Assembly (NCBI GenBank): GCA_963539345.1
Contig: CAUTLS010000001.1
Coordinates: 1-58,326 of the forward strand
Source: an uncultured Candidatus Saccharibacteria bacterium
Lineage (GTDB): Bacteria; Patescibacteriota; Saccharimonadia; Saccharimonadales; Saccharimonadaceae
Reading direction: 5' to 3'
Length of the DNA stretch: 58,326 nucleotides
Shown: piece by piece, positions 9,565 through 18,373 of the stretch
Layout of the letters: every line of letters begins with the position of its first letter
How positions within the stretch are numbered: the stretch's first letter is position 1
Notes under the pieces: model-generated
The model's database searches: none
What the model was told of the DNA's origin: nothing
What the model saw: only the letters and a program-made list of their open reading frames with translations
Program-made: the position numbers and the translations under genes

Positions 9565-10536
9565 ATGGCGAAACGCGATGATGATTTGGAATTTAGTATC
9601 AATGCAGCATTTGACGAGGCACGGACGATTGTTGACAAAGTGCCGCTATACTTGGTAAATGGGTCGCTGGGCGCTGGTAAGACCAGTGTGTTGGAGTTCT
9701 TATTGCAACAACGTGACTTTACGGGCGCGCGAGTGATTGAAAATGAATATGCCAACGAAAATGTCGATGGCTACCGGCTGGAGGGGCTGGCAGACATGGT
9801 GACGACCCTGGCTGGCGACTGTGTTTGCTGCGGCTCGGAGGACGCACTGATCAAGATGCTGATGGATTTTAGTCGCTATTCCCCTGCACCGGTGTTTATC
9901 GAGGCGACGGGGGTGGCGCGGACCATGAATTTGGTGGAGCGATTGATCAGCGCCAAGATGTTTCATAAGTACGAGCTGATGCAGAGCTTTTATGTGATCG
10001 ATGCGCATGAGATTTTACGCGGTGTTGAGCCAGCACACGAAATTGAATTGCAAGCCGCAGATGCGATTTTGGTGACCAAGGAAGATTTGCTGAAGGACAG
10101 CGAACGGGCTGAATACGAAATAAAACGCCGCGCCCTGCCCTATGCCAAGGTGCTGAGCGCGCCACACGGCCAGTTTGACCTCAGTAAAATCACCACGCCG
10201 TCGGGGCTGTTGGCGTTTTTCGACCAATATGATGGCGAGCTCGCGGTGCCGGACAATCCAACCTATAGCGTGGTTGATTTGTCGACCACTACTGTTGGTG
10301 AAGCGGTGTTTGAGAAGCTATGGCCAGAGCTGTTTGCGGCATATGGCCTCAGACGTCTGAAGGGTTGTTTTGTAAACGACCGTGGTGAGCGGCGGCACAT
10401 TGAGGCGACGCAGTATCAGATTGAGATTCGTCATGCGCATTCGGATGAGGCGGCGAAAATTGTGCTGATCGGCGAGCGAGCAGATGAAATTACGCGTGAT
10501 GTTTTGCAAGCGCACATTCTCATGTATGGTGGATGA
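9565..10536 (+). CDS. COG0523/CobW-family GTPase (second paralogue)
   Basis: GSLGAGKT, IENEY, CVCC, IEATG, TKEDL; start set 6 nt after TATAAT. Confidence 0.88.
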   Translation: MAKRDDDLEFSINAAFDEARTIVDKVPLYLVNGSLGAGKTSVLEFLLQQRDFTGARVIENEYANENVDGYRLEGLADMVTTLAGDCVCCGSEDALIKMLMDFSRYSPAPVFIEATGVARTMNLVERLISAKMFHKYELMQSFYVIDAHEILRGVEPAHEIELQAADAILVTKEDLLKDSERAEYEIKRRALPYAKVLSAPHGQFDLSKITTPSGLLAFFDQYDGELAVPDNPTYSVVDLSTTTVGEAVFEKLWPELFAAYGLRRLKGCFVNDRGERRHIEATQYQIEIRHAHSDEAAKIVLIGERADEITRDVLQAHILMYGG

Positions 10537-11163
10537 TTAGCTTTCGTCCGCGGTGTCTGGGCTGTCGGCGGTGACGGTTAGGTAAAAATCACCGCTTGGC
10601 TCTTTCTGGTCTCCGGGCATGAAGGTGATGACAAAACCTTCGTTTTTTAGTTCAGTGAATAATGATGCACGAGCCGCAACCTTGCCAACTGCTTCTAGAA
10701 GCTTCTGAACGTTTTGTTCTTGTTCTTCTAATGTTGCTGGATCCCCTCCTGCCATTTTTAACATCTTAGCGCCAATGATAGCCTCGCTGAAATTTTGATA
10801 TTCTCCATCACCAGGTTCTGCAGTAATGGACACGGTTGCTTTTGTGCAGCCAGTAGCTTCAGGCATATCAATAACTGGCGAGGACATACCAGCGCGCTTA
10901 AGTAGAGGTGTATGATTACTGGTGTCTCCTATGTAGAGATCGACGTTCACTCTTGCTTCTTCGTCTTCGCCGCCTGGTCGCTCTACGGTGATATCTCCGA
11001 CTGCGCCGATACGCATAGTGCCGAGGGTGGATTCATTAGTGCCGAGGGTGGATTCAAAGAGAGGTGTTATGGCTACACAAAAGGTAGTTGTTTCGGGGTC
11101 TATGATATCAGCGGGAGTTGTTAACAGATCTTTTGCGGGGTATGTGTCTGGAGTATTGTTCAT
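10537..11163 (-). CDS. Hypothetical acidic protein
   Basis: 208-aa ORF with a TGATATAAT promoter 9 nt before the ATG. Confidence 0.7.
   Translation of the reverse strand: MNNTPDTYPAKDLLTTPADIIDPETTTFCVAITPLFESTLGTNESTLGTMRIGAVGDITVERPGGEDEEARVNVDLYIGDTSNHTPLLKRAGMSSPVIDMPEATGCTKATVSITAEPGDGEYQNFSEAIIGAKMLKMAGGDPATLEEQEQNVQKLLEAVGKVAARASLFTELKNEGFVITFMPGDQKEPSGDFYLTVTADSPDTADES
11016..11056. repeat. 21-bp tandem duplication (ESTLGT x2)
   Basis: TAGTGCCGAGGGTGGATTCA(T) repeated twice in frame. Confidence 0.9.
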
Positions 11164-11232
11164 AACTTTTTAATTATATCACTAATAATACAAAATGTCA
11201 ATAAATGCTGCTGAGGTTGTGGCTTGTGTTGT

Positions 11233-12681
11233 CTATATACTCTTCTCGGCGTTTTTGGCTTGTTTGTAGGCCTTGGTGACGGGTGCCAGGCCGCGGGCGA
11301 CGCGTTCGCGGTTGGCTTTCAGCTGTTTTTCGTCGCGGAAACTGAGTTTAATTGGTGTGCCGGCGAAGTTGAAGGCTTCGCGCAGGGTGCGTTCGAGGTA
11401 GCGTTTGTAGCTCCAGTGGACGAATTTCAGGTTGCTGCCGTAGATGACGAACCATGGCGGAGCCGTGTCGGTCTGGACGATGTAGCGGAGTTTTGGATGC
11501 GAGTTCTTTAGGCCGGCTGGCGGATGAGCGGCGACGGCTTTTTGCAAGAGGTCGTTGAGGACGCGGGTTTTGCATTCTTGGTGGCGACGGGTATGGATAT
11601 CGAGGGCGAGGTCGAACAATTTGGTGACGTTTTGGCCAGTGACCGATGAGGTAAAGATCAGTGGTGCGTATGGTGTGAATTTAAAATGATAACTAATTTG
11701 CGGTGCTAGCTCGTCGTGAGTGTAAGCGTCTTTGCCTTCGACGGAGTCCCATTTACTGACCACTAGGACGAGCCCCTTGCCTGCTTCGTCGATGATGCCA
11801 GCCAGGCGTTGGTCTAGCCCGACGTTTAATTCATTGACGTCCATCAGCAGAAAACAGATGTCGGCTTCGTTGATGGCTTGCATGGTGCGTAGGACTGAGA
11901 ACTTTTCGATGCCAGTCTCTTGCTTGCCTTGGCGGCGAATGCCGGCGGTGTCGAGTAGCTCGATGGTCTGGCCATGGTAGCGGACTTGGACACGGTTGAC
12001 GTCGCGGGTGGTGCCGGCGACGTTGGCGACGATGGCTTGCTGCTTGCCTGCCAGGGTGTTGAACAGATTGCTTTTGCCGACGTTTGGCCGGCCGATGAGG
12101 GCGACGCGGATGATGTCGTCAGGTGCGGTTTGAGTGGCTGGCGGGATAAGTTCGGCGATGTTGTCGAGTAGCTCAGAGATGCCGATGTTGTGCTCGGCGG
12201 AGGTTTTGATGATGGTTTTGATGCCGAGGCGTTTGAATTCGTCGGTGTGAAGTGAGCCTTTGAGGTCGGCTTTATTGGCGATGAGCAGGACGGGCTTGCC
12301 GCTTTTTAAGGCTTTTTTGGCGAGTTGGCGGTCGGCGTCTGATGGATAGACGGTGGAATCGACCATGACGAGGATGACATCGGCAGCGGCAGAGGCGTCG
12401 GCGATTTGGTCTTGGATGGTGGCTTCAAATTCATCTTCGGCGGGTTTGAGGCCGGCGGTGTCGATGAGCCAGAATTCGGCGGTTGTGCTCGCGTCAGTCA
12501 CAGCTTCCTCGGGAGATGAGGCGCGGCGCTTATATGAAACTTTGCCGACGACGTTGTCGCGGGTAGTGCCGGCTTCGCGGGCGACGATTGCGGTGCGGGC
12601 GCGCGTCAAGCGATTGAACAGTGAACTTTTGCCAACGTTAGCTTGGCCGATGATGGCGACGGTAGGTAATTTATGAGACAT
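11233..12681 (-). CDS. der: Ribosome biogenesis GTPase Der (EngA)
   Basis: Two GTPase domains (GQANVGKS and GRPNVGKS, DTAG x2); KH-like C-terminus. Confidence 0.97.
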   Translation of the reverse strand: MSHKLPTVAIIGQANVGKSSLFNRLTRARTAIVAREAGTTRDNVVGKVSYKRRASSPEEAVTDASTTAEFWLIDTAGLKPAEDEFEATIQDQIADASAAADVILVMVDSTVYPSDADRQLAKKALKSGKPVLLIANKADLKGSLHTDEFKRLGIKTIIKTSAEHNIGISELLDNIAELIPPATQTAPDDIIRVALIGRPNVGKSNLFNTLAGKQQAIVANVAGTTRDVNRVQVRYHGQTIELLDTAGIRRQGKQETGIEKFSVLRTMQAINEADICFLLMDVNELNVGLDQRLAGIIDEAGKGLVLVVSKWDSVEGKDAYTHDELAPQISYHFKFTPYAPLIFTSSVTGQNVTKLFDLALDIHTRRHQECKTRVLNDLLQKAVAAHPPAGLKNSHPKLRYIVQTDTAPPWFVIYGSNLKFVHWSYKRYLERTLREAFNFAGTPIKLSFRDEKQLKANRERVARGLAPVTKAYKQAKNAEKSI

Positions 12682-12750
12682 AATTACGCCTATTATACCA
12701 GAGGCGTGAGGATTTGGCGAGGATAAGCGGTATGCAAAATGGGGCTAGCC

Positions 12751-13179
12751 TTAGCCTGCCGGAGTGGGTGTTGCCGTAGCAACTGGTGTTGGGCTGCTTT
12801 CTGGTGCTGTTGAAGCGGTGCACTCGGGACTGTTAGGAACTGCTGTTATGCCGCCTTGCCCGTAGTAATTATAATATTTGTATAGTAGAGTGGTACCATC
12901 ACAACCTTTCTCTACGGATGATATTGCACGCTTGCAGTCAGGTTCATCAAGACAGTTCTGGTCAACAGTCTGCCAATCGATATTGGACTGGTTGGTTGAG
13001 TCTAGCTCCGAGCTGGTTGTAGATCCTTCTGTAGTTGCCGTTGGTGCTGTTTCTGATATTGGTGCACCGCAGCCTGATAAAGCCAGTGCGGCGCTGGCTA
13101 CTACACCAAGCATGGCTCCTACTTTTTTATGCAATGACTCGACATTAGTTTCGATTGAAAATCTGTTACCTTCTCGCAT
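12751..13179 (-). CDS. Putative lipoprotein, Ser/Thr/Pro-rich
   Basis: GGAGG RBS; hydrophobic segment ending in LALSGC lipobox; four further Cys. Confidence 0.65.
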   Translation of the reverse strand: MREGNRFSIETNVESLHKKVGAMLGVVASAALALSGCGAPISETAPTATTEGSTTSSELDSTNQSNIDWQTVDQNCLDEPDCKRAISSVEKGCDGTTLLYKYYNYYGQGGITAVPNSPECTASTAPESSPTPVATATPTPAG

Positions 13180-13214
13180 GGTATGTCCTCCTATATACCT
13201 ATACGATACACCAA

Positions 13215-13931
13215 TCATTGACTTGGTGTCAATTTGCTTTCCTGAAATTCCCCGCGTTTGATGTCACCGAGAGTGTAGTTACCAAAGTCTGTCCGGTGGA
13301 GCTTGGCAACAGTGTAGCCGAGGGCAGCAAAGGTGCGGCGGATTTGGCGGTTGCGACCTTCGCTCATCTGGACGATCCAGCGGTGGTCGTCGCCGTCGTG
13401 CTGGCGTTCGAGCGTCAAGCGACTGGGCCCGTCAGGTAGTTGCACGCCAAAGTCATTGATCATTTGCCGGTGGAGCGGCTGTAGCGGCTGGTCGAGCGTC
13501 ACGAGATAGCGCTTGATTTTATAAAACGATGGGTGTGTCATCTGGTGGGCAAAATCCCCGTCGTTGGTGAGGAGGATGAGCCCAGAGCTGTCTTTGTCGA
13601 GGCGACCGACGGGCTTGAGGTGATGGAGGTTGGTTGGTAATAATTCGTAAATAGTCGGTACACCGCCTTGAGAGGCGCGCGAACAGAGGTAACCGACGGG
13701 TTTATGGAAGAGAATGAGCTGGTGGGTTTGGGCGGTGAGTCGTTTGTTGCCGTGGCGAATGATGTCAGTTGCGGTGATGCGTTGGCCAAGCTTGGCAGGC
13801 TGGCCGTTCACCGTGACCCTGCCCTGTTCGATCAGCTCGTCAGCCTGGCGGCGCGACACACCAAGCGCCAGCGCCACGAATTTGTTGAGGCGCTGGGCAG
13901 GTTTATGATTTGGTGCGGCATTGTCTGACAT
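13215..13931 (-). CDS. rRNA pseudouridine synthase (RsuA/RluB family)
   Basis: S4 domain; GRLDKDSSGL; EGRNRQIRR. Confidence 0.93.
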   Translation of the reverse strand: MSDNAAPNHKPAQRLNKFVALALGVSRRQADELIEQGRVTVNGQPAKLGQRITATDIIRHGNKRLTAQTHQLILFHKPVGYLCSRASQGGVPTIYELLPTNLHHLKPVGRLDKDSSGLILLTNDGDFAHQMTHPSFYKIKRYLVTLDQPLQPLHRQMINDFGVQLPDGPSRLTLERQHDGDDHRWIVQMSEGRNRQIRRTFAALGYTVAKLHRTDFGNYTLGDIKRGEFQESKLTPSQ

Positions 13932-14984
13932 TTATACGTGTGGTTGTGCTGGTGGAGGAGTTTGCGGCGCTTGTGGCGGTTGAGACGGGAGTGGATGCAG
14001 GACTGGGGCTGGTGGTATGTGAGTTGGCGCAGCATTTGCCAGTGGTTGAGGCGCTGGGCTGGCAACTGGTGCTGCTGGGATAGTCGGAGCTGGTTGTCCT
14101 GAAGTGGCGGCACTTTGCAAACTTTGTGGAGCTTGAGGCGTTGGTGTGGTAACAGGAATGTGAGTAGGCTCTGTCGGAGCTTCAGGAGCTGGAGCCGCTG
14201 TTAGGGTTGGAATAGTTTCTTCTGGGGTTGCATCAGGCTGCGGAGCTGGTGTTGCTTCCTCTGGGGCGTGCTCAGGTTCAGCCGGTTGCGGTTTGAGGCT
14301 TGGAATTCCCTCCAGTTCTTGTTCCATGAGCTTGGCAACATCCTCTGTTGGCGTCAGACTGGCGCCCTCAAGTGGTCGAATGACGCGTTCGCCTAGGTTG
14401 GCAGGACGCGGCGCTGAAGATGAGAAAGGTGCAGTCGGCTGCGGCAGTGTGGTTGGCGCTGGTGTAGCTGCAGCTTGCAGGGTTGGCTGCGGTGAGAGCG
14501 CTGAGACATCAGGCCGGACCGGCGGCATTTGCGGTGACTGTGGCATAGCTGGCGCTGGCTGAGGTGCTGCTGGCTGTGCGGCTGGTTGTGGTTGCGGCGC
14601 TGGCGTAAGTCCCGGAACATCACCCAAAACTTCGTGCACGGTGCGGACGACGTCTTCGATACCGACTTGGGATTTCACGAGATATCGGTCAGCTCCTAGC
14701 TGTTCGCCGCGGGCTCGTTGGTCTTCTGAAGACAAAGCAGTCATGATGATCACTTTGATGTCTTTGGTTTCGGTGGCAGAACGCAAAATGTCCAGCATGT
14801 CAAAGCCAGAAATTTTCGGCATCATCACGTCACTCAGGATGAGCGCTGGGCGTTCTTTGATGGCCATGGCGAGCGCTTCTTCGCCATCACCTGCGGACAC
14901 GATGTCGTATCCCTCTGCTAATAATCGTACGCCATAGATTTCGCGTAAACTTTTGTCATCTTCAACGAGTAAAATTTTTGTCAT
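13932..14984 (-). CDS. Response regulator: receiver domain plus long Pro/Ala/Gln-rich tail
   Basis: ILLVEDD, SDVMMP, YLVKS; ~230-aa low-complexity C-terminus. Confidence 0.9.
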   Translation of the reverse strand: MTKILLVEDDKSLREIYGVRLLAEGYDIVSAGDGEEALAMAIKERPALILSDVMMPKISGFDMLDILRSATETKDIKVIIMTALSSEDQRARGEQLGADRYLVKSQVGIEDVVRTVHEVLGDVPGLTPAPQPQPAAQPAAPQPAPAMPQSPQMPPVRPDVSALSPQPTLQAAATPAPTTLPQPTAPFSSSAPRPANLGERVIRPLEGASLTPTEDVAKLMEQELEGIPSLKPQPAEPEHAPEEATPAPQPDATPEETIPTLTAAPAPEAPTEPTHIPVTTPTPQAPQSLQSAATSGQPAPTIPAAPVASPAPQPLANAAPTHIPPAPVLHPLPSQPPQAPQTPPPAQPHV

Positions 14985-15038
14985 ATCTACTACCTACTAT
15001 ACGATATTATTATTAAAATTGCTATCATTCTTATGCTT

Positions 15039-17018
15039 TTATGAATTATTGGTTCTCCGCGGTATGCTGATGGCGCGACGGCTGGTCTCTAGATGATGTT
15101 CGATGTCGGCAAGCGTGGCGTGTTCTGGGCTGGTTGGTGTTGGCTGCGGCTGTGGTGGCTGGTTGGGCTGGACAGGCGGCTCAGTGACCGGGACAGGTTC
15201 GGTTAGCTGCGGAGGCTGTTCTATCGGTTGCTGAGGCTGAGGCGCCACTGGCGGCTCAGCGGGTGTGACGACAGAAGCTACTGGAGTTTGCGGTTGATGG
15301 TACTGAACTGGCGTCGGCTGCAGGGAGGCTTCTTTGTGAGCGGCTTCTTCTTTGGAGATTCGCGGTATCTCCAAAAAGAAAGTGCTTCCCTTGCCGTACT
15401 CGCTCTCGACACGTAAATCGCCCGACATGCTTTCGGCGAGTCGGCGAGACAGGTACAGTCCCAGACCAGTACCGCCGATTTCGCGAGTGGCTGAATTGTC
15501 AACCCGATAAAACTTTTGGAAAAGATGCGGAACGTCTTCTGCGGGAATCCCTAGGCCAGAATCCATCACGCTGACAACCACCTTTGACGAATCACCAGTG
15601 ACATCGACCACGACCTCGCCTTCTTTGGTGTATTTGATGGCGTTTTCTATGAGGTTGGCGGTGATTTCTCGGAAATGGTCGGGGTCGACAAAGGCATAAT
15701 AAATGGGCTGCAAATGCTGATCAGCGGAGTCTTTGGCCAACGCGTGTGGCCGGAAAGAATAGAGTAGATTTTTCTCAGCCGCTTTGTGTGCCAGACCTTC
15801 AAAGATGTCTGCCACAAAATCAGTCACATTGAATAGCTTTGGTTCATCTTTGAGACGTCCATCCTCGGCCCTACTGATATCCAGCAGGTCTTGAAATAAT
15901 CGGCCCAAGTGTTGAGCGGAGGCGTGCGCTTTGGTGATGAAGTCGCGAGCTTTGTCGTCAATTTGGGCGGTGGCTGGGTTGAGCGCCAGACCCAGATACC
16001 CCTCGATGGAAGCCACAGGCGTGCGCATTTCGTGGCTGGCAGTGGAGATGAACTCGGCTTGTTCTCGCTCCTCGGCGCGCTCTTTGGAGATGTCGCGAAA
16101 CACGATGATGACACCTTCCTTTTGTGGGCCTATGGGAGAACTGACGATGGTGATTGGTAGTCGTTTGTCTGAAGAGGTTTTGAGAAATAAGTTGTCGCTG
16201 TGGGTGGGCTGGTTTGAAGACAGTGCTTGAGCAACGGGATGTTTACCCTCTGGGATGTCGGATCCGTCTTTGAGCACCAGCTTGAGGACGCTTTGCCAAC
16301 TTAAGCCCAAAGCGTCGCCTTTGTCCCAGCCGATCATCTGTTGCGCGGCTGGATTGATGAGCTCAATGATACCGTTATTGGAAATAGCCATCACGCCGTC
16401 GTCGATGGTATTGATGACAACATCAGACTTACCTTCGGCAGAGGTTAGCCTATTTTCCAGTTCAGTAAATCGGTCATCAAGCTTTTTCTGCGGTTGGTAT
16501 CGCCATAGAACGATGCTTAGGACGAGTGGCATGATACCAAGCACTGCGCTGATGGTTATCTGTTCCAGCGTCAGTGGTGTTTCGAAATGAATCATGGCGA
16601 TGTGCGCCACGACTAACAAGATGATGCCACCAGTCAGCCACAGCCCAAATACCGCAGCAAAGACGGTCACCATGAGCCAGAGGCTGGTAAATGGAGAATA
16701 GATACCACCACTGGTAGCAATGAGTGCGGCGATGGTGATGATGAGCGACGCATAGGTGGCGCATGCCAGGTAGGCGCGTTGTTTTTTGGGCGTCCAAACA
16801 CAGAGACCAAGCGCCCAAACTGCAGACAATACGCTGATGGCGGCGGCTAGGTTGGTCACTGAATCACCAATAGTAAAGCGATAATTGCCAGGCAAAAAGC
16901 GAGCTGATGCGTATGTGAGGAGAATGAAGAGATTGACTAGTAGCGAGGCTTTGCTGAGACGGCGCAGCCAAAATTTGGAAAATGTTCTGTCAGACTGCCC
17001 CACCCTCGATTCTTTCAT
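15039..17018 (-). CDS. Membrane PAS-domain sensor histidine kinase
   Basis: Several TM helices, PAS, SHEMRTP, NLIENAIKY, DSGLG, GTGLGL; Pro-rich tail. Confidence 0.93.
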   Translation of the reverse strand: MKESRVGQSDRTFSKFWLRRLSKASLLVNLFILLTYASARFLPGNYRFTIGDSVTNLAAAISVLSAVWALGLCVWTPKKQRAYLACATYASLIITIAALIATSGGIYSPFTSLWLMVTVFAAVFGLWLTGGIILLVVAHIAMIHFETPLTLEQITISAVLGIMPLVLSIVLWRYQPQKKLDDRFTELENRLTSAEGKSDVVINTIDDGVMAISNNGIIELINPAAQQMIGWDKGDALGLSWQSVLKLVLKDGSDIPEGKHPVAQALSSNQPTHSDNLFLKTSSDKRLPITIVSSPIGPQKEGVIIVFRDISKERAEEREQAEFISTASHEMRTPVASIEGYLGLALNPATAQIDDKARDFITKAHASAQHLGRLFQDLLDISRAEDGRLKDEPKLFNVTDFVADIFEGLAHKAAEKNLLYSFRPHALAKDSADQHLQPIYYAFVDPDHFREITANLIENAIKYTKEGEVVVDVTGDSSKVVVSVMDSGLGIPAEDVPHLFQKFYRVDNSATREIGGTGLGLYLSRRLAESMSGDLRVESEYGKGSTFFLEIPRISKEEAAHKEASLQPTPVQYHQPQTPVASVVTPAEPPVAPQPQQPIEQPPQLTEPVPVTEPPVQPNQPPQPQPTPTSPEHATLADIEHHLETSRRAISIPRRTNNS

Positions 17019-17124
17019 GATATTAAGTATAGCGTCAAACGGTGGTAAAACGCAAGCGCGTCTCTGTTGGCTGGTGCGGCGGTATAGACAAAAGCGGCTG
17101 CGTCATGGTATGATGCTTAGTGTT

Positions 17125-17199
17125 GGCCTCATCGTCTAGCGGTTAGGACACCGGGTTCTCATCCCGGCAACCGGGGTTCGATTCCCCGTGAGGTCACCA
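17125..17199 (+). tRNA. tRNA-Glu(CUC)
   Basis: Cloverleaf; anticodon arm CCGGG-TTCTCAT-CCCGG; GTTCGATTC; encoded CCA. Confidence 0.95.
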
Positions 17200-17208
17200 A
17201 TATAGAAT

Positions 17209-17233
17209 CAAGAGGCTCTTTGGAGTCTTTTTT
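17209..17233 (+). terminator. Terminator after tRNA-Glu
   Basis: AAGAGGCTC-TTTG-GAGTCTTTTT. Confidence 0.65.
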
Positions 17234-17566
17234 GTTTATCCTTCAATCTGTAAACATGCTCAAAATCTTGCCATATGCGGGCAAATTTATCCATAAAATT
17301 GAGAGACGGGCTGAAGCGCATCTGTTAAATTACAGTATAAAACCGGTATCCTGCAGCTCTGGTGGCTTTGGCAACATGAGCATACTTTTTACAAAGATGT
17401 TTGGTATAATGATAACGGTTTAATATATATGCCAAATCGGAAGGCGCTGGTTGTGTTTGTAGTTTTGCCCGTAAAACGACTTGCATTAATGTTTAGGGCA
17501 AAACTTGATTTGTGAATAGACTAGATACCTTACGGTGTTGTTTTAATTCGGAGAGGAGTATAAGTA

Positions 17567-17836
17567 GTGGATGAAGAAACATTTGATCGAGTATATGGTG
17601 GAGCTGTCAAAAATATGTCAAGCCTTGAGGAAAATGAAGAACATAAAAGCCGTACAGAAAAAAATAAAGCGGACACGAAGCTAAAAGAGCAGCAGCTCGC
17701 CTTACAACAGAAACAGCAAGAAACTAATAGTTTGATAGCTATAGGAGGACTTACACTAGGTAGCGTGCTAGTCATTATATTAGCTGTATATCTGTTTGCA
17801 AAATTACGCAAAACAAAAAGAGCTAAACAGTTATGA
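17567..17836 (+). CDS. Small protein with C-terminal TM anchor
   Basis: GAGAGGAG RBS, GTG start, coiled-coil then hydrophobic helix and basic tail; AT-rich. Confidence 0.6.
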   Translation: MDEETFDRVYGGAVKNMSSLEENEEHKSRTEKNKADTKLKEQQLALQQKQQETNSLIAIGGLTLGSVLVIILAVYLFAKLRKTKRAKQL

Positions 17837-17993
17837 TATTAGCCTGTGATAATAAGATGAGAAAATAGTAACTACATATAAGTCAAAATAGCCCAAAACA
17901 TGGTGCACATCATTTTCATGCTGGGGCTAAATATTATCCATTATTTATTTTCAGCCAGTCATCTCATCTATGGTTGTTATAGCATACTTTTAG

Positions 17994-18371
17994 CTACTCG
18001 CCCAGCTGCTCAATCACCTCCAGTAGTTTTCGAGGCGTGATGTCGGCTTTGATGAGGTAGCCGTCGATTCTAGGCAGTAGCTGCGACTTGGACTGGTCGT
18101 CTTGCTCAAAGTTGGTCATGATGAGAATCTTGCTGTTAGGCACCAAGTCGGTTTCGCCGTTTCTGAGGGCGTCTAGAATTTGATCGCCACGTTGTTCTGG
18201 CAACATCAAGTCCAAAATGATCAAGTCGTACGGCTGGTTACGCGCTGCCACCAAACCGTCATTGCCGTCCACCATCCAGGTGACGGTGTAGCCGGCACGC
18301 TCCAGGCTGCGCACGTACATTTCGCCGATAAATCTGTCATCTTCGATGCATAAAATTGTTTTGATCGCCAT
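17994..18371 (-). CDS. Single-domain response regulator
   Basis: CIEDD, LDLMLP, MTN, YLIKA. Confidence 0.92.
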   Translation of the reverse strand: MAIKTILCIEDDRFIGEMYVRSLERAGYTVTWMVDGNDGLVAARNQPYDLIILDLMLPEQRGDQILDALRNGETDLVPNSKILIMTNFEQDDQSKSQLLPRIDGYLIKADITPRKLLEVIEQLGE

Positions 18372-18373
18372 GA

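Noticed and set aside
11016..11056. Direct repeat as a CRISPR remnant
   Set aside because: Two abutting copies with no spacer, in frame within a CDS, and no cas genes
12478..12540. Short insertion in Der GTPase domain 1 as an intein or mobile element
   Set aside because: Only about 17 aa with no splicing motifs; most likely a variable loop
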